Shown here: piece after piece, positions 18,936 to 28,317 of the stretch
How positions within the stretch are numbered: the stretch's first letter is position 1
Layout: the number at the start of each line of letters is the position of its first letter
Origin: an uncultured Rikenellaceae bacterium
GTDB lineage: Bacteria > Bacteroidota > Bacteroidia > Bacteroidales > VadinHA17
NCBI GenBank assembly: GCA_964642615.1
Contig: CAZXSW010000006.1
Span: forward strand, 8,885 to 72,884
Reading direction: 5' to 3'
Length of the DNA stretch: 64,000 bases
Translations under genes and position numbers: made by a program
The notes under the pieces: model-generated
What the model was told of the DNA's origin: nothing
Seen by the model: the letters and a program-made list of their open reading frames with translations, nothing else
Database searches by the model: none

Positions 18936-19065
18936 ATGAATAAATTTCCTCATCACTAACAGCTGCCCTTAACTGATATCTTCATTTTTTCTTCTGTTAA
19001 CAGGGATGCTCCTGTAATCTTTTTTTTACAGGAAGCGATCTTTTTCAGGCCCTCCTTAAAATTCG

Positions 19066-19073
19066 TACCTTTG
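19066..19073 (+). promoter_or_regulatory. Candidate -7 promoter element TAnnTTTG (TACCTTTG) for lipA-lipB-recJ
   Basis: Exact consensus match 20 nt upstream of the lipA ATG (19093). Confidence 0.45.
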
Positions 19074-19092
19074 ATGTTCAAAAACAGAAGAC

Positions 19093-19953
19093 ATGCAGGA
19101 AGGCAGAAGATTGCCATCATGGCTCAGGATGAAGAGAGCCAGCGGAGCAACCTACTCCGGGGTTAAACGGATTGTCGAGCAGAACAGGCTCCATACCATC
19201 TGTACAAGCGGCAGATGTCCCAATATAGGTGAGTGCTGGAATGCGGGTACTGCCACATTCATGATTCTCGGTGATATATGTACCCGGGCCTGCAGGTTTT
19301 GTGCCACAAAGACGGGCCGGCCACTTCCTCCTGATCAGGATGAGCCTGTCAGACTGGCCGAAGCTATAAGGCTGATGGGTCTGAAACACTGTGTCATCAC
19401 CTCAGTCGACCGCGATGATCTGCCTGATGGGGGTGCCCGGTTCTGGGCTGATACCATCAGAACAATAAAGGAGGTCAACCCCGGGACAACAGTCGAGGCC
19501 TTGATCCCTGATTTTAACGGTAATACGCCCGACATTCAGAAGATAATCGATGCCCGGCCTGAAATCATTTCGCATAATATTGAAACAGTGAAAAGGCTTA
19601 CCCCGCTAATCAGGACAAAAGCCAGGTATGAGACGAGCCTTGATGTGCTCAGATATATTGCATCAGCAGGAAAACCTGCCAAGTCGGGTTTTATGGTGGG
19701 ACTTGGGGAGACTGAGGAGGAAGTTTATGAAACCATTTCGGACCTTAAGTCGGCAGGCACTTCAATACTTACAATCGGGCAGTATCTTAAACCCGACAAG
19801 GGGTACATGGAGGTGTTATCGTATGTTGAGCCCAGTACATTTGATGAGTACCGTAAGCAGGCTCTCGCCCTTGGCTTTGAACACGTTGAGAGCAGTCCTC
19901 TTGTCAGATCATCTTTTCACGCAGAAAAACATGTAAGTACGCCACATATTTGA
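19093..19953 (+). CDS. lipA: Lipoyl synthase (radical SAM)
   Basis: 286 aa with the CPNIGECW and CTRACRFC cysteine clusters diagnostic for LipA. Confidence 0.93.
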   Translation: MQEGRRLPSWLRMKRASGATYSGVKRIVEQNRLHTICTSGRCPNIGECWNAGTATFMILGDICTRACRFCATKTGRPLPPDQDEPVRLAEAIRLMGLKHCVITSVDRDDLPDGGARFWADTIRTIKEVNPGTTVEALIPDFNGNTPDIQKIIDARPEIISHNIETVKRLTPLIRTKARYETSLDVLRYIASAGKPAKSGFMVGLGETEEEVYETISDLKSAGTSILTIGQYLKPDKGYMEVLSYVEPSTFDEYRKQALALGFEHVESSPLVRSSFHAEKHVSTPHI

Positions 19954-19987
19954 TTATATTTGTTTTAATTAACAAGTCAGGCCATAA

Positions 19988-20701
19988 TTGAGTTATAGAG
20001 TTGTATATAAAGATATTGGCATCAAAGAATATAAGCATGTCTGGGATTTTCAGTCAGAAATTTTCGACAGGCTGCTAAAGAATAAAAAATGTGAAAAGTC
20101 AGACACAAGGGTTGTATCACCGGGAACTCTGATCTTTGTTGAGCACCCGAACGTCTACACCCTCGGAAAAAGCGGATCGGAGAATAATCTGCTTGTTGAT
20201 TTCATCCAGTTGCAGGCCAGGGATGCCACTTTTTTCAGGATCGACAGGGGAGGTGATATAACTTACCATGGTCCTGGTCAGCTTGTGGGATATCCCATCT
20301 TTGACCTTGAAGAACTTGGAATAGGGCTCAGGGAGTATATAAACAGGCTTGAGGAAGCGATAATCGCAAGTATTGGCGAGTATGGCCTTAAAGGTATGAG
20401 GCTGGAAGGAGGAACAGGTGTCTGGCTTGATGCTGATGCAGGCGGAAAGGCCCGTAAGATATGTGCTATAGGAGTCAAGGCAAGCAGGTTTGTGACAATG
20501 CACGGATTTGCATTTAATATAAATACGGATCTTTCTTATTTCAGTCATATCAATCCATGCGGATTTACAGACAAGGGTGTGACATCGCTTGAAAAGGAAA
20601 CAGGAATAAAACAGGATTTTGAAAAAGCAAAGGAGATAGTAAAAAGGAATCTGCAAAGGGTTTTTGATCTTCAATGGATAAATGAGGAAAGTAATGGATA
20701 A
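19988..20701 (+). CDS. lipB: Lipoyl(octanoyl) transferase
   Basis: 237 aa with RGGDITYHGPGQLVGYP and KICAIGV motifs. The track start is a TTG. Confidence 0.9.
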   Translation: MSYRVVYKDIGIKEYKHVWDFQSEIFDRLLKNKKCEKSDTRVVSPGTLIFVEHPNVYTLGKSGSENNLLVDFIQLQARDATFFRIDRGGDITYHGPGQLVGYPIFDLEELGIGLREYINRLEEAIIASIGEYGLKGMRLEGGTGVWLDADAGGKARKICAIGVKASRFVTMHGFAFNINTDLSYFSHINPCGFTDKGVTSLEKETGIKQDFEKAKEIVKRNLQRVFDLQWINEESNG

Positions 20702-22412
20702 AAGGTGGATCATAAAAGATAAAGCAGATATCCCGGTTGTGAAGCAGCTTGCAGCTTCGCTCGGTGTTAAGGAATCACTGGCGAACCTGATGGCTCAGAG
20801 GAATATAACCACGAAAGAAGAAGCCAGGGCTTTCTTTAATCCTTCACTCAGCGATCTTCACGATCCTTTCATGATGAAAGATATGAATGTTGCTGTGGAA
20901 AGGATATCCACGGCAGTTAAGAAGAATGAAAAGATACTTGTTTACGGCGACTATGATGTTGATGGTACAACGGCCGTTGCATTGATGTATTCGTTCCTTA
21001 AGTCGCAGTATTCAAATGTTGAATACTATATCCCCGACCGATACAGGGAGGGCTATGGTTTGTCTGTTGAGGGACTCGACTATGCCAGCCAGACTAACTG
21101 CAGGCTGGTGATCACCCTCGATTGCGGGATAAAGGCAGTTGAGAAAGTCAGGTATGCCCGTTCCAAAGGGCTCGATATAATTGTCTGTGATCATCATTAC
21201 CCGGGAGACGAGATCCCAAAGGCAGTTGCGGTACTTGACCCCAAGCAGCCTTCATGCAGCTATCCCTACAAGGAGCTTTCGGGATGTGGTGTGGGATTCA
21301 AACTGATCCAGGCATATTCGAGAATACATGGCATTCCATTCAGCCAGATTAGTCCCTACCTCGACCTGGTTGCCGTAAGCATAGCCTCAGATATCGTTCC
21401 CATCACCGGTGAAAACAGGGTTCTGGCATTCTTTGGACTGAAACAGCTTAACGAGGCGCCGGGGACAGGACTTAGAGAGATCATCAGGGAGTCTGAAATA
21501 AATAAAGTTCTGACTATTGAGGATGTGGTCTTCAAGATCGGACCAAGGATTAATGCAGCCGGGAGGATGGAGAGCGGGAAGAAAGCAGTAGAACTGCTCG
21601 TATCGGATGATCCCCGGATTGCATCTTTAATAAGTAAAGAGATAAATAACTTCAACAACGAACGCAGAAGTGTTGACAGAACCATTACCACAGAGGCCAT
21701 GAGGATGATCTCGGAAGATCAGTCGACACTTAATGCCAGAACCACAGTGTTATATAACCCTTCATGGAAAAAAGGGGTGATTGGTATAGTCGCATCTCGT
21801 CTTATTGAAACCTATTACCGGCCTACTGTCATCTTAACTGAATCAAATGGCTTTGCAACAGGATCAGCCCGGTCGGTCCAGGGTTATGACCTTTATCAGG
21901 CCATCGAGGCCTGCGGAGACCTGCTGGAGAGTTTCGGAGGCCATATGTTTGCAGCCGGCCTGACACTTAAAAAAGAAAACATCCGTCCTTTCATGGAACG
22001 GTTTGAACAGTTTGTAAACAACACAATAACTGAAGATCAGCTCATTCCAAGGATCTTTATTGATGCTGAGCTTTCATTTGCCGAGATAGATGATGATTTC
22101 TTCAAAGGGATACACAGCTTCCAACCCTTCGGACCCGATAATATGTCGCCAGTATTTGTCACAAGGAATGTTTTCGACACAGGTTCCGGGAGAATGGTAG
22201 GCTCAAGCGGTGAGCACCTGAAGCTGGACCTGTGCCAGGAGGCATCAGGGATAAAAAGCCTTTCTGCCATAGCTTTCAGCCAGGCCGATCACTTTGAATA
22301 TATAAGGGGAGGCAATCCTTTCGACATCTGTTATTCCATTGAGATGAATGAATTCAGGGGAAACAGGAACCTTCAGCTTAACATACGTGACATAAGAACA
22401 CCGGTATCCTGA
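20694..22412 (+). CDS. recJ: Single-stranded-DNA-specific exonuclease RecJ
   Basis: Track ORF 20682..22412. I prefer the ATG at 20694 (MDKRWIIKD). DHH-family motifs DYDVDGTTA, DCG, CDHH and GGHMFAAG are present. It overlaps the lipB stop. Confidence 0.92.
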   Translation: MDKRWIIKDKADIPVVKQLAASLGVKESLANLMAQRNITTKEEARAFFNPSLSDLHDPFMMKDMNVAVERISTAVKKNEKILVYGDYDVDGTTAVALMYSFLKSQYSNVEYYIPDRYREGYGLSVEGLDYASQTNCRLVITLDCGIKAVEKVRYARSKGLDIIVCDHHYPGDEIPKAVAVLDPKQPSCSYPYKELSGCGVGFKLIQAYSRIHGIPFSQISPYLDLVAVSIASDIVPITGENRVLAFFGLKQLNEAPGTGLREIIRESEINKVLTIEDVVFKIGPRINAAGRMESGKKAVELLVSDDPRIASLISKEINNFNNERRSVDRTITTEAMRMISEDQSTLNARTTVLYNPSWKKGVIGIVASRLIETYYRPTVILTESNGFATGSARSVQGYDLYQAIEACGDLLESFGGHMFAAGLTLKKENIRPFMERFEQFVNNTITEDQLIPRIFIDAELSFAEIDDDFFKGIHSFQPFGPDNMSPVFVTRNVFDTGSGRMVGSSGEHLKLDLCQEASGIKSLSAIAFSQADHFEYIRGGNPFDICYSIEMNEFRGNRNLQLNIRDIRTPVS

Positions 22413-22426
22413 CTTCTTTTTTGCTT

Positions 22427-24508
22427 TCAGAACTTAAGAGAAAGCTGAATCCTGAAGTCATCCCTGAATACCCTGTCGCCATCATCATTAAAGGGTACTG
22501 TAGCGCCATATTTCATTATAAGTTTGATGTTTTCAGTGGCATCCCACCTCACCATGGCATAGTTCCTGCAACCGCTTCCCGACAAGGCAGGTATGCTGTA
22601 ACTCTGCAGCAGATCATTTTCATAAACGTAAAGCCTGGTATCCCAGTCTTCAGTCCGGAAAGGAGAGAATCTGAGCCAGAGTCTCACAGGAAGTGAAGGG
22701 ATTGAACAGATAAGGTCGTGGGAAAGTACGGTCCCAACCCTGTTTCCCGGCAAGGCAGTCCTGTAGTAAATCCGGGTGACAAGCGACAGCTTCTCTGAGA
22801 ATATGTACTTCACAAGCAATTTGCAGGTTATTGTTGTCAGAACCGACTGCCCGGGGATTATGTTAAGTGAGTTGTTATTGGTAACTGTTTCTTTAAGATT
22901 AGCTGAAAGTTCCATCTGAAATGAAGATGAGGGCTCATACCTAAGTCTGATTTCTCCTGCACCGGAGTAGGAGGGGAAGCTTGTCCTGTATCTCATCCAG
23001 GGGTAATGTGATACGTTGTACCCGGCACTGACAAAAAGGTTTCTGGCGGCTTCCAGCGTAAAATTCCCGGTCAGGCCCTGTTCGTTCTTTGTCTGGCTGC
23101 CTGTGCCAGGAGCTCTGCCGTGAAAAGTTGTATAGCCCGGGGAATAGTTTCTGTAGAGCAGGTTTACAGTCAGGCGTCCTGAAGGCCGGAGAGACACACC
23201 CTGAACCAGTGCATGAGAGTCGCCGTTGTTAAGCGTAAACTCACCGAAGGCTATGATGTTGCCTGTCACAGTCTTGTAGGTAAAGGAAAAGTTCCGGTTA
23301 AGGTTACCTGAGAAGGAGTAGGGGTCTTCTTCTGAACCTGTTATACCTTCTCCATCCGGGAACCGTGTTTCGGACCAGAGAATGCCCAGTCTCAGGTTTT
23401 TCAGGTCGTATGAAACAGAAGCCCCGTAGTTTATCTCCCTCAGCCGGTCTTTTTTAATCACCAGTGAAGGTGTATTATGCAACCCGGAGGTATAGATGTT
23501 TTTAATGCCCGAGGCCTGGCCGGCTTCTGCTCCGTCCAGACCTGCATCAACAAGATTATCTGAAAACCAGGTGGTCAATCCAAGTCTTCCTTTTCCGACT
23601 TCGGCAGCCACTCCTCTGAAATAATTATATTCGTCTGCAGATGTATGAGGTCGGATCTCGTTTCTGCCCGACATGTATCCCGGAGAGGTGAGCGAAAGGC
23701 CTGTGCTTATCCCGGTGTTGAGTGCGCTGCCCATTCCGAATCTTATTCCGTAGTCGCCAGCAACAATTTTTCTCACCATACCGGTACCCGAATAGCTTAT
23801 ATAGGCTGAAGTAAAGTCGGGTGCAAGGGTTCCGGCCCTGGGGAGGCTTTCTCCTGCATCTTTTTCAGCAGTTATACCCCCGGATAAGGAGGAGGCTGAA
23901 AACCTGTATTTTGAAAGAAGTTTCCATGGAGAACCCAATCTACCCGGTTCCATGTCGGTGCTTCTCAGGGAAGCGCTTGTCAGGAGACTGTTTCTCCACG
24001 ATAAGTATCTTCCTCCGGCAGATGTTTTCTCTCCGAAGGTGATGAAGGGAGCCATCATTTCGGCCGTCGCCCTGTCAAAACCAGGGATATTGGCTATTTC
24101 ATATACTGTCTTCATCGGTCCATATTCTGAACTATAGTCAGCAATTACTTTCAACTGGAAATCAGACAGGAAGAAAAGTCTTTCAAGTTCACCCCTGTCG
24201 TTTGAATTAATGGCAACGGGCTCGCCCGAAAGCTCATGCAGCCTGTCGGTGAACTCCTCCAGGCTACCTGTTCCGGATTCATCGCCGGCCAGCTCTTCGG
24301 CCATGGTTACAATAAACTCATTAAGGTCTTCAGTCTGGCCCTTCACTGTAAACGGAACGGTCAGGGCTGCCGACAAAACAAAGACAGCAGACCTCCGGTG
24401 CAACACCTGAGGTACTCTTCTTTTCGTAAGCATCCTTGAATACCGGCAGAATATACTGAACAGCTTGTTTGATCTTTCCATCTGTTGGTCCCTTTTTTCA
24501 GGCATCAT
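22427..24508 (-). CDS. Hypothetical outer-membrane protein: N-terminal helix-hairpin-helix (ComEA-like) module + large predicted beta-barrel
   Basis: 693 aa. The segment NSNDRGELERLFFLSDFQLKVIADY...VYEIANIPGFDRATAEMMAPFITF looks like tandem HhH motifs. The rest shows alternating aromatic/polar beta-strand patterning and ends in a C-terminal F. The real start may be the internal Met (MLTKRRVPQV..., signal-peptide-like). Confidence 0.5.
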   Translation of the reverse strand: MMPEKRDQQMERSNKLFSIFCRYSRMLTKRRVPQVLHRRSAVFVLSAALTVPFTVKGQTEDLNEFIVTMAEELAGDESGTGSLEEFTDRLHELSGEPVAINSNDRGELERLFFLSDFQLKVIADYSSEYGPMKTVYEIANIPGFDRATAEMMAPFITFGEKTSAGGRYLSWRNSLLTSASLRSTDMEPGRLGSPWKLLSKYRFSASSLSGGITAEKDAGESLPRAGTLAPDFTSAYISYSGTGMVRKIVAGDYGIRFGMGSALNTGISTGLSLTSPGYMSGRNEIRPHTSADEYNYFRGVAAEVGKGRLGLTTWFSDNLVDAGLDGAEAGQASGIKNIYTSGLHNTPSLVIKKDRLREINYGASVSYDLKNLRLGILWSETRFPDGEGITGSEEDPYSFSGNLNRNFSFTYKTVTGNIIAFGEFTLNNGDSHALVQGVSLRPSGRLTVNLLYRNYSPGYTTFHGRAPGTGSQTKNEQGLTGNFTLEAARNLFVSAGYNVSHYPWMRYRTSFPSYSGAGEIRLRYEPSSSFQMELSANLKETVTNNNSLNIIPGQSVLTTITCKLLVKYIFSEKLSLVTRIYYRTALPGNRVGTVLSHDLICSIPSLPVRLWLRFSPFRTEDWDTRLYVYENDLLQSYSIPALSGSGCRNYAMVRWDATENIKLIMKYGATVPFNDDGDRVFRDDFRIQLSLKF

Positions 24509-25326
24509 TATTTAATAGAGAAGATCAACGATACCGATGAGCTGATGCCCAGCCTCTCGTGGGTAAGAAAGCCGGCATCGAGTTTCATAGCTTTCAGCCT
24601 GTAGCCCATGCCAAAGCTGAAAGAGCTGTTTTCTGTTCTGAAACCGCCTCTTATCCAGATTTTTTCCGAAGCCCCGTATTCGAATCCTGTTTTTATAACC
24701 AGGCTGTTGCCTGTACTCATTTCAGCCTCCAGCGCTGTATAGAGGCGGGGGGCCGGAAGGAATGCCACCCCGGCCCTCAGTGTCATTGGCAGGTGTTTTT
24801 CCCTTGTGGCTGCGGGTACAGGGTTGAAGATATGAACACCGATCCTTACGGTTTCGGATGCCGAGATTAGTATCCCCGCCCCGAAGGTGATGAACATGCG
24901 GTCGTTGTAACCGGAAGGGCAGTTTTCAATGAAGTAGCTGAGTCCCACTCCAGAGGAGATCTTTTCGCTCAGTGGCAGGCCGCAGGCAAGTGAAATTGTA
25001 TGCCTGCGGAGACTCTCAAATCCGAAATCTGAAAACAATCCACCCAGGGATGCCCTGCCGGCAGGGACTATCAAGGCCGCACTTCTGGCTGATAGCTCTG
25101 CAAGGCTGAAACGGTTTTCGTAACAGACTCCTGCCGAGAAGGAACGGTTGATACCCAGGATGGCCTCATTATGAAACGACGACCAGAAATCATTTTTCCC
25201 GGCACATGCATATCCTGCTCCTGCTTCAGCCGCACCACCTGTAAAACGGTAAGGATTTCCCGCGATGGCTGGCAGTGACAGAAGAACAAACATGAAAGAA
25301 ACAGATATTTTGTGCAGCGAGAACAA
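24508..25326 (-). CDS. Hypothetical outer-membrane beta-barrel protein (weak PorV/PorQ/FadL-like N-terminal motif)
   Basis: 272 aa with a signal peptide (LLSLPAIAG). GGAAEAGAGYACAGKNDFWSSFHNEAILG resembles the N-terminal motif of the PorV/PorQ-type barrels. Its TAA overlaps the downstream ATG by 1 nt (TAATG). Confidence 0.45.
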   Translation of the reverse strand: MFSLHKISVSFMFVLLSLPAIAGNPYRFTGGAAEAGAGYACAGKNDFWSSFHNEAILGINRSFSAGVCYENRFSLAELSARSAALIVPAGRASLGGLFSDFGFESLRRHTISLACGLPLSEKISSGVGLSYFIENCPSGYNDRMFITFGAGILISASETVRIGVHIFNPVPAATREKHLPMTLRAGVAFLPAPRLYTALEAEMSTGNSLVIKTGFEYGASEKIWIRGGFRTENSSFSFGMGYRLKAMKLDAGFLTHERLGISSSVSLIFSIK

Positions 25327-25354
25327 AATGTTTCTGTTAAAGACAGAAATTTAC

Positions 25355-25394
25355 AAAAAAAACCTTTACTTCCGATGAGTAAAGGTCTTTTTTT
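25355..25394 (-). terminator. Rho-independent terminator after purE (A-run/T-run flanked, potentially bidirectional)
   Basis: 9 bp stem ACCTTTACT / AGTAAAGGT with a 7 nt loop, flanked by AAAAAAAA on one side and TTTTTTT on the other. Confidence 0.65.
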
Positions 25395-25494
25395 AGAAGC
25401 ATTTTTGTTTTTTAGCCACCGTAGGGCAACAGGGCCTTCAATGATACTCATGTGCCTGGAAAGGTCAGCTGACAGGTGGTCCGTGACCGCCAGT

Positions 25495-26001
25495 TCAGTT
25501 TGTCTTGAAGGGGAATTTAACCTTTTTCAGTTCTTCGTTTGCTTCTACAATTTTCTTTTTCAGGTTATTCTTGAAACCTGTTACTTCCTTCATTATTTCC
25601 GGGTCGGATGTTGCCAGTATCTGAGCTGCCAGTATTCCTGCATTCTGGGCTGCATTGACTCCCACTGTGGCAACCGGTATTCCGGGAGGCATCTGCAGTA
25701 TGGAAAAGATTGAATCGAGTCCCTGGAGTGAGGCATTGACAGGAACTCCTATGACAGGCAGGGGGGTCATCGATGCAATAACACCGGGCAGGTGGGCGGC
25801 CATTCCGGCTGCTGCTATAATGACTTTTATTCCCCTTCCGGCAGCAGCTTTGGCAAACTGTTCGACTTCTTCCGGGGTCCTGTGGGCCGAAAGGGCATTC
25901 ATCTCGAAGGGAATTCTGAAATCATTGAGTACCCTGGCAGCTTTCTCCATTACGGGCAGGTCAGAAGTGCTTCCCATTATTATACTTACAAGTGCTTCCA
26001 T
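25495..26001 (-). CDS. purE: 5-(carboxyamino)imidazole ribonucleotide mutase
   Basis: 168 aa with MGSTSDLPVM and AAGMAAHLPGV motifs. Confidence 0.93.
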   Translation of the reverse strand: MEALVSIIMGSTSDLPVMEKAARVLNDFRIPFEMNALSAHRTPEEVEQFAKAAAGRGIKVIIAAAGMAAHLPGVIASMTPLPVIGVPVNASLQGLDSIFSILQMPPGIPVATVGVNAAQNAGILAAQILATSDPEIMKEVTGFKNNLKKKIVEANEELKKVKFPFKTN

Positions 26002-26033
26002 ATATTTAATTTAATTTAACTTACAGATAAAGA

Positions 26034-26041
26034 CAAAAATA
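26034..26041 (-). promoter_or_regulatory. Candidate -7 promoter element TAnnTTTG (TATTTTTG on the - strand) for purE
   Basis: The + strand reads CAAAAATA, 33 nt upstream of the purE ATG. Confidence 0.4.
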
Positions 26042-26083
26042 AGCTATTATTTTCATATTTTCGCAGCGGCTGATATTTGTAAC

Positions 26084-26626
26084 ATGATCATGAAGGAAAT
26101 CCGCGTACTTGATAAAAAGTTCAGGGAATATATTTCCGCGGAGGCTATCCGGGACAGGGTAGCTGAGCTTGCAGAAAGGATAAATGCCGACTACGCCGGG
26201 AAAGAGGTTGTTTTTGTCGGTATTCTTAACGGAGCCTTCATGTTTGCGGCTGATCTTTTCAGACTTATAACAGCCGGTTCGAGGATAACCTTTATAAAGC
26301 TAGCATCTTACCAGGGGACGAGTTCTTCAGGGACTGTCAGGGAGCTTATAGGCTGGAATGAAGATATCAGCGATAAGGACATCATTGTAGTGGAGGATAT
26401 CATTGATTCGGGCAGCACCCTGGAACGGATTGTCGACGAACTGGTTATAAGGGATGTGGCATCGGTAAGGATTGCTGCCCTGTTGCTTAAACCTGATGCT
26501 TACGAAAAGGATATACCTCTCGATTATATAGGTTTTGAAATCCCAAATGATTTTGTGGTCGGTTACGGACTCGATTATGACGGTTTTGGACGCAACCTTC
26601 CATCGATTTATACACTTATTAGTTAA
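26084..26626 (+). CDS. hpt: Hypoxanthine(-guanine) phosphoribosyltransferase
   Basis: 180 aa with the PRPP-binding motif VVEDIIDSGSTL. An alternative ATG lies at 26090. Confidence 0.9.
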   Translation: MIMKEIRVLDKKFREYISAEAIRDRVAELAERINADYAGKEVVFVGILNGAFMFAADLFRLITAGSRITFIKLASYQGTSSSGTVRELIGWNEDISDKDIIVVEDIIDSGSTLERIVDELVIRDVASVRIAALLLKPDAYEKDIPLDYIGFEIPNDFVVGYGLDYDGFGRNLPSIYTLIS

Positions 26627-26644
26627 ATAATAAATTTTTATTCT

Positions 26645-27220
26645 ATGGTTAATTTTTTGATTTTTGGCCCTCCCGGATCAGGTAAAGGTACACAGTCGGT
26701 ACAACTGGCAGAAAAATTCAATCTTACACATCTCTCAACGGGAGATATGCTACGTGCTGAGATTGCAGCCGGGACTGAACTGGGAAAGAAGATGAGCTCT
26801 ATCATGAGCAAGGGTGAACTGGTTCCCGATGAGGTTGTGATTGAAATGATCGCAACAAAGATTGACAACACAAAAGATACCTCCGGCTTTCTGTTTGACG
26901 GTTTCCCAAGAACAGTTGCCCAGACCATCGAGCTTGAGAAGATGCTTAATGAGAGAGGCATGAAGATAGACAGTATGCTTGTTCTCGATGTTGAACACGA
27001 TGAGCTTGTTAAGAGACTTATCCTCAGGGCCGACCTGTCAGGCCGTCCCGATGACAAGGATCCTGCCGTTATAGAGAACAGGATTGACGTATACAAATCA
27101 AAGACAGAGCCTATAATCGATTATTGCCGCGAGAGAGGCATCTACCAGCCGGTTGACGGCATGGGATCGATAGAAGATATTTTTGACAGGCTTTCAGGCC
27201 TTATGGAGAAAATTGTTTAA
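26645..27220 (+). CDS. adk: Adenylate kinase (short-lid type)
   Basis: 191 aa with the P-loop GPPGSGKGTQ and FLFDGFPRT. Confidence 0.95.
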   Translation: MVNFLIFGPPGSGKGTQSVQLAEKFNLTHLSTGDMLRAEIAAGTELGKKMSSIMSKGELVPDEVVIEMIATKIDNTKDTSGFLFDGFPRTVAQTIELEKMLNERGMKIDSMLVLDVEHDELVKRLILRADLSGRPDDKDPAVIENRIDVYKSKTEPIIDYCRERGIYQPVDGMGSIEDIFDRLSGLMEKIV

Positions 27221-27235
27221 TTACCTTTAATTGTT

Positions 27236-27308
27236 TCCGTGATACTCTGTGTTTTTCACTTTCCGGACTTCTGACCGGAAAAAAAGTGGAAAACACAGGA
27301 ATCACGGA
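27236..27308. other. Long imperfect inverted repeat / about 73 nt hairpin in the adk-obg intergenic region
   Basis: Hand-paired. 27236-27243 pairs with 27301-27308 (8 bp). 27247-27259 pairs with 27286-27298 (13 bp, including one G-U). 27260-27266 pairs with 27275-27281 (7 bp). There is a 4-A bulge and an 8 nt loop. No T-run follows on the + strand. Confidence 0.6.
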
Positions 27309-27322
27309 TTGAAAAGATACTG

Positions 27323-28315
27323 ATGACCTCATCCAATTTCGTCGACTATATAAAGATCTATTGCCGTTCAGGTAACGGAGGGGCAGGATCGGCCCATCTA
27401 CGCAGGGAAAAGTCTATTCCAAAAGGCGGGCCCGACGGAGGTGACGGAGGAAGGGGAGGACATATAATACTGAAGGGTAATGCACAGATGTGGACCCTGC
27501 TTCATCTCAAATACCAGCGCCATATTTTTGCGGAAAACGGAGTGGCAGGAGGATCAAAACAGTCGACAGGAGCCGAAGGCAAGGATGTAATCGTTGAGGT
27601 GCCTCTTGGAACTATTGCAAAGAGGGAGAGTACAGGCGAGCTTATGTTTGAGATCACCAGTGACGGGGAAGAAAAGATACTCCTGAAAGGTGGAAGGGGC
27701 GGACTTGGCAATGTCCATTTTAAGTCGGCCACACATCAGACTCCGCGTTTTGCCCAGCCTGGAGAGGCCGGAGAAGAAGAGGCCTTTATACTCGAGCTGA
27801 AAGTGCTTGCAGATGTGGGACTTGTTGGATTCCCAAATGCAGGAAAGTCAACACTGCTTTCGGTAGTGTCGGCAGCAAAACCCAGGATTGCTGATTACCC
27901 TTTTACCACCCTTGTGCCAAACCTTGGTATAGTAAGCTATCACGACCACAGGTCTTTTGTTATGGCAGACATCCCCGGAATCATTGAGGGAGCTCATGAG
28001 GGCAAGGGACTTGGAATAAGGTTCCTCAGACATATTGAAAGAAATCCTATCCTGCTCTTTCTTGTTCCGGCCGACAGCAGGAATATCAGGGAAGAATATG
28101 AGATACTTCTCAATGAACTGAGAATGTACAACAGCGAGCTTCTCGATAAAAAGAGACTACTTGGAATATCCAAGGCGGATCTCCTCGACCAGGAACTCAA
28201 GGATGAACTAAGAAAGGACCTGCCGGATCTGCCACGTGTCTTTTTCTCTTCAGTAACAGGTGAAGGGATAAACAATCTCAAGGACATGATCTGGAAACTC
28301 CTTAACAGTTACTGA
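27323..28315 (+). CDS. obg: GTPase ObgE/CgtA
   Basis: 330 aa with the glycine-rich Obg fold (GGDGGRGG) and the G motifs GFPNAGKST and DIPGIIEGA. Confidence 0.95.
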   Translation: MTSSNFVDYIKIYCRSGNGGAGSAHLRREKSIPKGGPDGGDGGRGGHIILKGNAQMWTLLHLKYQRHIFAENGVAGGSKQSTGAEGKDVIVEVPLGTIAKRESTGELMFEITSDGEEKILLKGGRGGLGNVHFKSATHQTPRFAQPGEAGEEEAFILELKVLADVGLVGFPNAGKSTLLSVVSAAKPRIADYPFTTLVPNLGIVSYHDHRSFVMADIPGIIEGAHEGKGLGIRFLRHIERNPILLFLVPADSRNIREEYEILLNELRMYNSELLDKKRLLGISKADLLDQELKDELRKDLPDLPRVFFSSVTGEGINNLKDMIWKLLNSY

Positions 28316-28317
28316 AA

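Noticed and set aside
25327-26083. Purine riboswitch upstream of purE or hpt.
   Set aside because: The spacers are short and AT-rich. They lack the conserved three-way junction core sequences I would expect, and only a promoter motif and a terminator hairpin are visible.
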